DNA of 64,000 nucleotides from a bacterium. GTDB lineage: Bacteria > Patescibacteriota > Minisyncoccia > Phycocordibacterales > Phycocordibacteraceae. Location of the stretch: positions 512,001 through 576,000 of the forward strand of contig JBBCGK010000001.1 in NCBI GenBank assembly GCA_037200965.1. The letters are read 5' to 3'. A program made the translations under genes and the position numbers. The notes below the pieces were generated by a model. The model worked only from the letters and a program-made list of their open reading frames with translations, was not told the DNA's origin and did not search any database. Shown here piece after piece: positions 55,698-64,000 of the stretch (its first letter is position 1; each line of letters starts with the position of its first letter).

Positions 55698-56630
55698 ATG
55701 CTTCCCAAGCTTACAGACGACCAAATTAAAAGTGTTTTTACTAACGTTGGCCTCGGCACTCCGAACACCATCAAAAAACTCAGTGTCGGCTTCTCAAACG
55801 ATGTGTATTCCGTAGACGATAAATACATTTTTAAGGCCATTAGGAACGAAGAAGACACGTCGTATCTAAAGAAGGAAATCCACCTTTGCAATTTGTTTAA
55901 GGAGAGGCTGCCCGCACCAGTAGTCGTGCATTCCGATACCGCTAAAGCCGCCCTTGATAGGGCGTATGTCATATACGAGAAGATTCAAGGAGATAACCTT
56001 TATATGCGGTGGCACGAATATTCCACCGAGGAGCGAAAGGCGATAGTCGAACAGATTTGCTCCTATCTTAAAGTCATTAACACTGAGCCTTTTAAAGATT
56101 TTACTGACGCTTTCAATATTGATACCAAAACTTCATGGCACGAACGGATAGCTACGAAAATACAAGAACATAAACTGAAAGCCCTTTCTGTTAATGCTAT
56201 TTCGTCTGAACAGGCGGAGCGAGTAGATGAGTATGTGAGGACTAGTTTAGTAGCACTCGATGAGTCCGTTATGGCACTGACTTACTTTGATGTTCACTTC
56301 GATAATTTTATCGTTCGAGACAAAAAGATAGTCGGAATGCTCGATTTTGAGAGGACGGATTTTTACTCGATAGATTTCGTATTGGATATCGTGCGACGCA
56401 TGGTCAACGAGCCGACTAAATACGCTTCCGAAGAAGCCGAACCGCTCATCAAGGCAGAGGATTATGCGAGTTTGATGGAACAGTACAAAGAGTATTATCC
56501 TCAACTCTTTGACTTTGAAAATCTTGAAGCGCGCCTCAAGCTATACTCAATAGACCACGACCTAGACCAACTCCATACGTGGCCTGAATCAGCGAGCCTT
56601 AAAGAGAGCTTGGCGAGGAATACTCAGTAG
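55698..56630 (+). CDS. phosphotransferase-enzyme-family (APH/choline-kinase-like) protein
   Basis: Kinase-like catalytic loop VHFDNFIV and DFE motif GMLDFERT; GC ~42%. Confidence 0.6.
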   Translation: MLPKLTDDQIKSVFTNVGLGTPNTIKKLSVGFSNDVYSVDDKYIFKAIRNEEDTSYLKKEIHLCNLFKERLPAPVVVHSDTAKAALDRAYVIYEKIQGDNLYMRWHEYSTEERKAIVEQICSYLKVINTEPFKDFTDAFNIDTKTSWHERIATKIQEHKLKALSVNAISSEQAERVDEYVRTSLVALDESVMALTYFDVHFDNFIVRDKKIVGMLDFERTDFYSIDFVLDIVRRMVNEPTKYASEEAEPLIKAEDYASLMEQYKEYYPQLFDFENLEARLKLYSIDHDLDQLHTWPESASLKESLARNTQ

Positions 56631-56773
56631 GCAAAATGTTCCGTTTCATCAGCCGCATCAAACACCCGTTGGCCCATCTGATTCATATACTCTCGGTTGA
56701 ATAGCAGGGGTGTATTTAGGTGACGCTCTGAGGGAGAACGGAATCGATAAATGAGGTATTATACGAAGCACGC

Positions 56774-57514
56774 ATGATCTCAAGCCTTTTCCACACGTTC
56801 TTCTACGACCCGATCTACAACCTCCTGGTATTTCTCGTATCCGTCGTCCCGCACGGGGACGTCGGTCTCGCGGTCATCGGCGTTACCATACTCGTCCGAC
56901 TCGTACTCCTTCCCTTCTCGCTTTCCGCCTCGAGAACCCAGCGCGCGATGAAGGTGCTTGAGCCGAAACTCAAGGAAATCAAGGAACAATACAAGGACGA
57001 CAAGCAGGAGCAGGCCGCGAAGACGATGGAACTTTATAAGACCGAGCGGGTAAACCCGTTCGCGAGCATCGTGACACTCCTTATACAAATGCCGGTCCTC
57101 TTCGCGCTCTATTTCGTTTTCCTCCACGAGCCGTTTCCGCAGCTAAATGCGCACCTTCTCTATACGGCGACTCCCGTTCCGGAAACGATCTCGCTTCTTT
57201 TTCTTGGGATCGTAAGCGTCCTGGGGCATAGCATCGTGCTCGCGGTTATCGCCGCCGCCGCCCAGTACTATCAGGTCATCCTTGCGGTGCCGAAGCCCAC
57301 TCCCAAGATAAAGGGTGAAGTTCTCAGTACCCAGGAGGAATTCACCCGGATGATGGGCCTCTATATGCGCGTCATCATTCCCGTGCTCATCGGCGTCGTG
57401 GCATACACGACCTCAGGCGCAGTCGCCCTCTATTTCATCACCGGCGCGGTCGTAAGTATTCTCCAGGAGCTGTATATAAAGCGCCAGTTCGACGCGAAGC
57501 CGGTCGCCCTATAA
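56774..57514 (+). CDS. yidC: membrane protein insertase YidC (short form)
   Basis: LLPFSLSASRTQRAMKVLEPKLKEIKEQYKDDKQEQAAKTMELYKTERVNPFAS. Confidence 0.85.
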   Translation: MISSLFHTFFYDPIYNLLVFLVSVVPHGDVGLAVIGVTILVRLVLLPFSLSASRTQRAMKVLEPKLKEIKEQYKDDKQEQAAKTMELYKTERVNPFASIVTLLIQMPVLFALYFVFLHEPFPQLNAHLLYTATPVPETISLLFLGIVSVLGHSIVLAVIAAAAQYYQVILAVPKPTPKIKGEVLSTQEEFTRMMGLYMRVIIPVLIGVVAYTTSGAVALYFITGAVVSILQELYIKRQFDAKPVAL

Positions 57515-58774
57515 ATCGTACGCCCAGAGCGAGCCGTCGCGTTTGTTGAGGAACACGAGCACGTCCTTCCGGGGATCGACCGTAAGCGCGGTCGCGTCAA
57601 GCGGCCCGTCCGTCGCTCCCGAGAAATCGAGCGCCAGCTCGGCAAAGCGCCCGCCGACATCTATCTTCCAAATCCGGTCCGTGAACGAAACGGCCCCCTG
57701 ATACCAGTCGTCAGGATAGGTCGCGGTCGCAAGAGATCCCGGAACCGGCACGCCGCAATAGACGGCGCTTTCGTCAGACGTCCACGCGCATTTGTCCGCG
57801 ATCGTCGCGACCGGAAGCGCTATCAGCTCCCGGGTCCTGATGTTCAGAAGCGAAGTCTTCAGATTGCCCTGCTCGGTATAGCTTAAGAGCGCCCAGGTTC
57901 CCAAAGGACTCGGAAGCGCCACGAGTCCCGGCACGGGGCCGAACAGCCGGTTCATGGCGCCCGCGGTGTCGATGAGAAAGGCGTAGCCGCCCGAAAGTCC
58001 GGTCGCTTTCGTATACGCGACGAACTGGCCGCTTCCCGCAGGGCGTGCCGAAAGGCTTCCGAGGGGGGAAGAAAATGCGGTGCGCGAAGCGCTGCCGTCG
58101 GCCTTGGAGACGGTGCCGATGGAGCCGTTGCCGCCGCTTGAAAGCGAAAATACCGAAGATGAGCCGACGGTCGCGATACCCGCGATGTTTACGGGAAGGA
58201 AAAAGCCCTCCGTACCGTCAGCCGGGAGCGCGTAGGTGTCGATCTCCGGGTTTTCCGCGGTGCCGCCGGCGTAGCGAAGATATGCGAGCGACCCGTCGGG
58301 GAGCCACGTCGCTTCCTGAGTTCCCGGGATCGTTTTGTTGACCAGGCGCTTCGCCGCGCGCGCATGGAAGAGATAGGAGAAAAGATTTCCGCTCTCGCGA
58401 AGCGCGTAGCGGACTTCGGTATCGGGGACCGGGAGGCTCACGGTGCTTGTGCCGCTCGCTTCGCCCGCGGGAAGCGGCGCCGTACTGCTTGAAATAAACG
58501 CGACGGCGCCCGGCACCACCGGGCCTTTCGTTATCTCAATGAGCCGTTGCGTAACTACGGTTCCGGCGGCCGCGCCGCCCGTGTCCGGGTCTACGGTATC
58601 GCTTTCGCCTCCCGCAGCGTCCCCTGCGGGGTTTCCGAACGGGTTCGTGCCGGTATCGACGACGAGGGTCGGCGTTCCGGCGAAGATAAAGAAATATGCG
58701 GCGGCGCCGAGGCCTCCAAGGACGATGAGTATCGCGAGGATGATAAGTACGCGCCGCATAATCAGGAATCGCAC
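57509..58774 (-). CDS. membrane-anchored secreted hypothetical protein (421 aa, beta-rich)
   Basis: N-terminal TM; last gene of the minus-strand pilus/T4SS-like operon; overlaps the upstream gene by 13 nt. Confidence 0.5.
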   Translation of the reverse strand: MRFLIMRRVLIILAILIVLGGLGAAAYFFIFAGTPTLVVDTGTNPFGNPAGDAAGGESDTVDPDTGGAAAGTVVTQRLIEITKGPVVPGAVAFISSSTAPLPAGEASGTSTVSLPVPDTEVRYALRESGNLFSYLFHARAAKRLVNKTIPGTQEATWLPDGSLAYLRYAGGTAENPEIDTYALPADGTEGFFLPVNIAGIATVGSSSVFSLSSGGNGSIGTVSKADGSASRTAFSSPLGSLSARPAGSGQFVAYTKATGLSGGYAFLIDTAGAMNRLFGPVPGLVALPSPLGTWALLSYTEQGNLKTSLLNIRTRELIALPVATIADKCAWTSDESAVYCGVPVPGSLATATYPDDWYQGAVSFTDRIWKIDVGGRFAELALDFSGATDGPLDATALTVDPRKDVLVFLNKRDGSLWAYDL

Positions 58775-60039
58775 ACCTTGCCTGGTGCCGCGGACGCAGG
58801 GACGATCTCATCGACATCCGCGCTCGTGAAATCGCATTTGAGGTCGTACACGTTCGCCTTGTATCCAGGATAAGCGGAAACATTCTTAGCCGCGGACTGC
58901 TGCGCCTCCTGAAGACGTTTCGCGCAAAAGGATTTTGTGTCAACCGGGGTACGAGGAGATTCCTCGGTGGTGTCGGGTGTTTTTATCCAGTTGGCGCTCG
59001 CACCGAGGTGGGTTCCGCCGCCGTACACCCAGCAGCTCATTAAGGCCCTCGACTTATCGTTTGAAACGATTGCCTCATCGTCATACCAGTGCCACCAGGT
59101 GAAAACGTAGTATCCTGCCGCGCCGATTTTGACCGATACGGCGTTCGACGCCGACGAACTTACGCCGGAAGCATCTCGCGCTTTGACGGTAAAGGAATGG
59201 TCCGAACCGGCCGCGAGTTTGGAGACGGTGGCGGTCGTGCCTGCCACGGATTGCGCGAGGGTGCCATTGTCATACACGTCGTATGCAGCAGGAGCCGTGC
59301 CGCTCGGGGGGGCTTTCCAGGTAAGGGTCACGCTGGTAAGAGTCTGTGCCGTGACGGTGAGACTTTGCGGTGCCGTATCTCCCACCGTTCCGGTCCCGTC
59401 GCCGTCCCCTCCCGTATTGCCTCCTCCAACCTGGGTACCGTCCGGACTTCCCGTGCCTCCTCCTGTGTTTGAAGAATTGGTCGGCTGCAACTCATACGTA
59501 TTTATTTTAAGGCTCAGAATATCCGGATTTATAATGCTAAATACGAGAAACGGAGCAAGGACGAGCACGAGCCCGATGATCGCTCCGCCGATCTGATCCC
59601 GGCCTTCCGAGTGCGCCGTAATACTGTCGCCGCTCATCACCTTAAAACCGCCAAGCGTGATCATGAGGATGGCGAGAACCGCTGCGGCGCCGATGCAGAA
59701 CTTGTAGAGGCCGTTGAAGAATTCGGCAAGGTTATTCGGGTTTACGTCCGTAAGCCCCGGAACCGCCGCAAGCGGTACGAAAGAGCTTCCTTTTGCTGAA
59801 GATGGGGGTGTAGGTGTTGGGGAGGGAGCCGGAGTCTGTGTCGTTACCGGAACAGTACATTGATACGAATCAGCCGTTTTCCCGGGAAGACCCTTGATGA
59901 GAGCGCAGTTCTCCTCCTTGCCGCCGCATGCGCTGACGCAGGACTTGAGATCCGGATAGGTCGCATAGCTTTCCGCAGCGGCTACGTTCGGGGAAAAGAA
60001 TGCTATGACAATAAAAGCGAGGATAGGAAGATATTTCAT
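58762..60039 (-). CDS. multi-domain secreted protein: signal peptide + Cys-rich module + VirB2/TrbC-like pilin hydrophobic hairpin + Gly-rich linker + FN3 domain + Cys/Trp-rich C-terminal domain
   Basis: NLAEFFNGLYKFCIGAAAVLAILMITLGGFKVMSGDS...GGAIIGLVLVLAPFLVFSII is a two-helix pilin-like hairpin. LTVTAQTLTSVTLTWKAPPSG...YDVYDNG...HSFTVKARD is FN3-like. Confidence 0.45.
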   Translation of the reverse strand: MKYLPILAFIVIAFFSPNVAAAESYATYPDLKSCVSACGGKEENCALIKGLPGKTADSYQCTVPVTTQTPAPSPTPTPPSSAKGSSFVPLAAVPGLTDVNPNNLAEFFNGLYKFCIGAAAVLAILMITLGGFKVMSGDSITAHSEGRDQIGGAIIGLVLVLAPFLVFSIINPDILSLKINTYELQPTNSSNTGGGTGSPDGTQVGGGNTGGDGDGTGTVGDTAPQSLTVTAQTLTSVTLTWKAPPSGTAPAAYDVYDNGTLAQSVAGTTATVSKLAAGSDHSFTVKARDASGVSSSASNAVSVKIGAAGYYVFTWWHWYDDEAIVSNDKSRALMSCWVYGGGTHLGASANWIKTPDTTEESPRTPVDTKSFCAKRLQEAQQSAAKNVSAYPGYKANVYDLKCDFTSADVDEIVPASAAPGKVCDS

Positions 60040-61025
60040 AGTCCAAATATACCAGTACCCCCGCTCGTCTCCCCGAAGCTTATGCGCAGCGCACGCGTCG
60101 CCGTTTCAAACAATTGAGGGAGGGTCGCCGTGACGGAAACCGCCGCACTCCCCTTCCCGCCCGTGGAGCGCAGCGTGATAGCGGGGTTGCTGCCGCTTGC
60201 GCCGCTGTTGACGGTCCAGACGATCGCGGGCGTTCGTGCGAATCCATACGGCACCGCGACGAACGTCGCTTCGGCGCCCGGCATGGCGAACTCGTCGCCA
60301 AGCGCGCGGTCGTAGCGGATTCCAAGGAGCGGATCGCTCTCATACACCCGTACGGAAGGGTCTGATGGAGAGATTCGAAGAACGCTATCAGCCACCAATG
60401 ATTGGTCGGGACTCAAGACTGTTACCTCGATCGTTGCGTCGCGGTAGCGGACGGGTGCCGTCATAGAAACAACTGAGCGGCCGATGCCCGAAAGATCCGC
60501 GAGTTCCTGCCCGTTCAGTTTCCATTTATACACGAGCGTACCATCGGTGAATCTTTTCCCGCCGGTTGCTCGCAAGTCGGGAAGGGCGACGAGGCGTACT
60601 TGCCCTTGCGACGGAATACCGAAGCCTCCCGGGTAGAACGGATGGCTTGTTGCCGCAGGCTCTGCAATAAGCGCGACTTCGGCAGGACGCACGGTCTGGC
60701 TTGCGCTGTATGCTTGGCCGCCGATGGTTGCGATCGCTTTCACCACTGTCGCGCTTCCGGCCGCGCCAAGCGTGACCCGCGCCCGCCCGTTCGTCATTGG
60801 AATTTCTTTCCCGTCGGCAAGAATCGTTATGATTGCGGCCGCCAAGTCAATGGAGTTGCTCGACAGGCTTGCCGTTATCGTGTCATAGGGCCGTGGGTAG
60901 TCTGGTGAAATGGCGAGCGTAAGCGCCGGCCCCCCCGTTCCAAAGACGCCCTGCGCGAATACTGTCGCGGGCAACAGAATACCAAGGAGTGCATAAGCGA
61001 AGAAACGCATGTCTTCAGTATACAA
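60036..61025 (-). CDS. secreted hypothetical protein (329 aa, signal peptide)
   Basis: MRFFAYALLGILLPATVFAQG signal peptide; 4-nt overlap with downstream gene. Confidence 0.5.
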   Translation of the reverse strand: MYTEDMRFFAYALLGILLPATVFAQGVFGTGGPALTLAISPDYPRPYDTITASLSSNSIDLAAAIITILADGKEIPMTNGRARVTLGAAGSATVVKAIATIGGQAYSASQTVRPAEVALIAEPAATSHPFYPGGFGIPSQGQVRLVALPDLRATGGKRFTDGTLVYKWKLNGQELADLSGIGRSVVSMTAPVRYRDATIEVTVLSPDQSLVADSVLRISPSDPSVRVYESDPLLGIRYDRALGDEFAMPGAEATFVAVPYGFARTPAIVWTVNSGASGSNPAITLRSTGGKGSAAVSVTATLPQLFETATRALRISFGETSGGTGIFGL

Positions 61026-61039
61026 GCTTTTCGGTATCT

Positions 61040-61531
61040 TCAGGCAGCCTCCTGTGCACTTTCCGTGGTCTCCTCGTTATCGTTTGCCGCCGCCGCTCGC
61101 ATCTCGGCAGCTCCTCGAGCGTATGCATCCGCGCGCCGCCGCTCGGCTTCCTTCGCCTTTATCTCCGCCGCATGGGCCGCATTATATGCGGCGTCCTCAG
61201 TTCGGCTGATGATGATAGTGCTTATAACCCCATAGGTAACGCCGGGCAAGGAATTAAGCAAAGGAGTCGCTTCAAGCACGGCGCTTCCGAGCAGGTTGAG
61301 CAGCTTCGCCGACTTGCCTTTCGTCATCTTTATGCCAAGCAGCGGAAACCACACCAGATAGAAAACGATACCGGCAAAGATCGCCACAAACCAGCTTCCG
61401 ATAAACGCGACGGCATTCCCCACGACCGGAATTGAGTTAAGAAAAAACAGAAAGAATTGAATCAGATCGAAAAGCGCCGCAAGCCCGCACATAAGCGCCG
61501 CCACGAACACTCCGACACGTTTTTGCTTCAT
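61040..61531 (-). CDS. small polytopic membrane protein (VirB3-like candidate)
   Basis: 3-4 TM helices, Ala/Glu-rich tail; directly downstream of VirB4 with a 4-nt overlap. Confidence 0.45.
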   Translation of the reverse strand: MKQKRVGVFVAALMCGLAALFDLIQFFLFFLNSIPVVGNAVAFIGSWFVAIFAGIVFYLVWFPLLGIKMTKGKSAKLLNLLGSAVLEATPLLNSLPGVTYGVISTIIISRTEDAAYNAAHAAEIKAKEAERRRADAYARGAAEMRAAAANDNEETTESAQEAA

Positions 61532-63348
61532 GACGCCCTCCCTCCCTCAAGCCGGTCCTTCTCGCGCTTGATCGAAAGGAGCTGCGAGGGGTCGGACGTG
61601 ATGATCTGATCTTCGGTATACGACGCGACGACCTTTATCGCGACGTGCTTGAGGCCCGCGAAGAAAAGCCCCTCCCCCACTCCCGACTCGAGAAGCAGGT
61701 ATTTCTCCTCGTCCGTGAGGTTGAAGGTTTCCTTGAGAACGTCGATCGAAGTCGGCGATTGCTTGAGGAGCAGCTGGATCGAGGAGTTGTTGAGGATAGG
61801 GCGGCCGTAGGGGGAACGGAGGAAGTCTTCCACGTCCTGCGTGATGGTCGCGACGCCGAGATAGTATTTGCGTCCGCGCTTGGCGAGGGAGTAGAGGAAG
61901 GAGGCCGTATCCTCGGACTTCATCATCCACCACGCCTCGTCGATCACGAGGAGGCGCTTCCGGAGTTCGTGCCGGATCGCGTTCCAGATGAAGTGCGTGA
62001 TGATATACATCGCGATCGGCTTGAGTTCGTCCTCCATGTCGCGGACCGAGAACACGATGAATTGCTTCTTGATGTCGACGTTCGTCGGCTGGTTGAGAAA
62101 CCCCGCCCACGTGCCGTGCGTGTACTTCGAAAGCCGCTGCACGAGGGATTCGCTGCCCTCAAGGCCCGACAGTACCTGCTCGAAGTCGGTGAGAAGCGGC
62201 GGCTCCTGGCCGGTGAAGTCGCTGTCGCCCGTGATGTCTTTGAGGGCGTACGTCTCCCCGATCGCCCGGTCGATAAGCGCGTCTTCCTCGGGCGTGAGGC
62301 CGCCGAGCATGATGCGGAAGAGACCGACGAGCGTAATCGTGTTCGAACGCAGGATATCCCGCGGGTTTTCGTCCTCCTTTACCGGCGGCAGGTCGAACGG
62401 ATTGATGTGATGCTCGCTCGAGAGCGAGATGTTGAACGACCTGCCGTCCGTCGCTTCCGCGAGCTGCTCGTATTCCCGCTCCGGGTCGATCACGATCACG
62501 TCGGTGTCGAACATGAGGGAACGAAGTATCTCGAGCTTGGTGGCATAGGATTTCCCCGAGCCCGACTTCGCGAAGACGACCGAGTTGTAATTCTCAAGCG
62601 AGAAACGGTCGAAAAGGATGAGCGAGGAATTGTGGCGGTTGATGCCGAAGAGTATGCCCCGGTCGCTCGTAAGGTCGAAGGAGACGAACGGGAAAAAACT
62701 CGAAAGCGGCGGCGTATCGAGCTTGGTATTGACGAGCAGCTCGTCGGTGCCAAGGGGAAGCGCGCTGCGGAACCCCTGCTCCTGCTGGAAGAGCGCGGGC
62801 TTGGTGTAGACCAATACCGAATTGAGCCGTCCGGTCACCTCGTTTTCGGTCTTATCAAGCTCGTCCTTCGAGTCGGCGTAGAGCGTCATGTAGAGGCCGA
62901 CTTCGAACAGCTTCTCCTCCGCCCGCTGCAGGCTGTCGCGGAGAGTCTCAAGGTTCTGGTATGACGTATCGAGGAGCGGATCGCGCACCAGTCCCTTGTC
63001 TTCGCGCTCCGATATCTGGCTTTGTATTTCCGCCACCTTTTTCTGGAACTGCCTGAGCGCCGCTTCGGTCTCGACCGGGTGTATGTAGAGCGCGATGTCG
63101 AAAGGTTTGTCGAGGTTCACGATCGGCGAAAGCCAGGAATCCGAAAGCGTGCTCGGATAGCTTATGGTATAGAACGATCGCGCGAATTTCTCGCCAAGCT
63201 CGAGTTCCCGCGCGCTGATCTTAAGCGCCGCGGGCGCGATGGTGTCGACGAGATCGAGCGCGCCCTTCCGGTAAATGTCTTTCGGCAGCACCGGGATCAC
63301 CTCCGGGGTCTGCTGCTGTTTTTTGTTTAAGAAGTCGAGAAGTGCCAT
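61528..63348 (-). CDS. virB4: VirB4/TrbE/TraC-family type IV secretion ATPase, C-terminal 606-aa portion
   Basis: Walker A VVFAKSGSGKSYATKLEI, Walker B VIDEAWWMM, conjugative-ATPase C-terminal motifs. Confidence 0.8.
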   Translation of the reverse strand: MALLDFLNKKQQQTPEVIPVLPKDIYRKGALDLVDTIAPAALKISARELELGEKFARSFYTISYPSTLSDSWLSPIVNLDKPFDIALYIHPVETEAALRQFQKKVAEIQSQISEREDKGLVRDPLLDTSYQNLETLRDSLQRAEEKLFEVGLYMTLYADSKDELDKTENEVTGRLNSVLVYTKPALFQQEQGFRSALPLGTDELLVNTKLDTPPLSSFFPFVSFDLTSDRGILFGINRHNSSLILFDRFSLENYNSVVFAKSGSGKSYATKLEILRSLMFDTDVIVIDPEREYEQLAEATDGRSFNISLSSEHHINPFDLPPVKEDENPRDILRSNTITLVGLFRIMLGGLTPEEDALIDRAIGETYALKDITGDSDFTGQEPPLLTDFEQVLSGLEGSESLVQRLSKYTHGTWAGFLNQPTNVDIKKQFIVFSVRDMEDELKPIAMYIITHFIWNAIRHELRKRLLVIDEAWWMMKSEDTASFLYSLAKRGRKYYLGVATITQDVEDFLRSPYGRPILNNSSIQLLLKQSPTSIDVLKETFNLTDEEKYLLLESGVGEGLFFAGLKHVAIKVVASYTEDQIITSDPSQLLSIKREKDRLEGGRAS

Positions 63349-63366
63349 GCGTAGTCGTACTATAGC

Positions 63367-64000
63367 CTATGCTTCGAGCCTGATCGGGTTTTCGATCTCG
63401 CCGGGATTGAAGGAACGGTACAGGAGTTCGATCACCTCCTCGGTCCCGAGCGGTATCGCCCGGAGCCCGGTCGCCGAAAGTCCGCTTGAAACGAGCGCCA
63501 TGCGCTGCTCGAGCTGCGCGCGGTCTTCTTCGAACGCTCCCGGCGCCTTCGTTGCGGCGGACGAGGCTTTTGTTCCGCCGAAGATGCCGCCGATCGCGCT
63601 TGCGACCTGTACCCCGGCCCCGGAAGCGTACGGCACGACGATATAGAAGGTTTTCGTCATTATGTTCGCGCGCTCCGTGAAATCGCGTACGAACTCTACG
63701 TACTCGCGAAGCTGTAGCCGCATGAGGTCGGTTTTCTGGGAAGACTCTTTTGTCTCAAGAAGAGCGAGGTACGGGCGGATGTCCATCTTGCGCGAATGGA
63801 CGACGATCTCGACCGAGAAATCGAGCGTGTTGAGAAAATTCTGGAAACCCTCGAGAATGGCGCGCTGCTCGTCGTTTGACTTGAGCGCGAAGTTAAGTGA
63901 CGAGCACATAAGGACTCCCCGGTACCCTCCGTCTTTGAGGGTTATGATGCCGTTCCGGATTTCCTTGACCGGAACGAACTGCTGCGTCGCCTGGCTTTTC
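63367..64000 (-). pseudogene. virB4: VirB4 N-terminal portion (continues past window edge), same frame as 61528..63348 but separated from it by a single in-frame TAG
   Basis: Translation upstream of the track M (63909) stays open to the window edge (...KEIRNGIITLKDGGYRGVLMCSSLNFALKSNDEQRAILEGFQNFLN...), typical of a VirB4 N-terminus. TAG at 63367-63369 read directly. Confidence 0.55.

Noticed and set aside
61645-62964. 439-aa plus-strand ORF opposite virB4
   Set aside because: Antisense artefact; the Walker motifs are on the minus strand.
1-64000. rRNA, tmRNA, RNase P RNA, SRP RNA, riboswitches, CRISPR arrays
   Set aside because: Scanned intergenic regions by eye for characteristic motifs and regular repeats; none recognised. 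Covariance-model searches would be needed to exclude small ncRNAs.

Overview
This is a high-GC (~60-65%) bacterial chromosomal segment covering the replication-origin neighbourhood (dnaA-dnaN and rpmH-rnpA...yidC). Housekeeping genes present include rplK-nusG-secE, rplS, rpsT, polA, holA, ruvA/ruvB/ruvC/ruvX, uppS, PBP1A and 9 tRNAs. The gene content (type IV pilin, PilB ATPase, a VirB4-containing pilus/T4SS-like cluster, a compact tandem tRNA array, LTD/SIMPL/secreted hypotheticals) is compatible with a reduced-genome lineage, possibly CPR/Patescibacteria-like; that lineage call is a guess. The window is unusually rich in accessory material. There are four IS elements: IS1595-family, two different IS481-family, and IS30-family, the last two nested. 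There are two paralogous hicBA toxin-antitoxin loci. Many low-GC (40-52%) horizontally acquired genes are present: an HNH endonuclease next to tRNA-His, an SDR, an APH-like kinase, VOC proteins, a beta-lactamase-like hydrolase and a DUF4143 ATPase. A 3.3-kb low-GC island bounded by a ~55-bp repeat family sits between PBP1A and dnaN. The most unusual candidate 'systems' are two. (1) A translationally coupled three-gene operon at the window start: a tandem-CDA-fold deaminase, a ~800-aa protein whose C-terminus is thymidylate-synthase/dCMP-hydroxymethylase-like, and a HAD phosphatase. (2) A VirB4-centred pilus cluster at the window end with a multi-domain pilin-FN3 fusion and an in-frame TAG inside virB4. 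Many long ORFs antisense to real genes (Arg/Pro-rich) are high-GC artefacts and were rejected. Coordinates worked out by hand (tRNAs, IS ends, hairpins) may be off by 1-2 nt.
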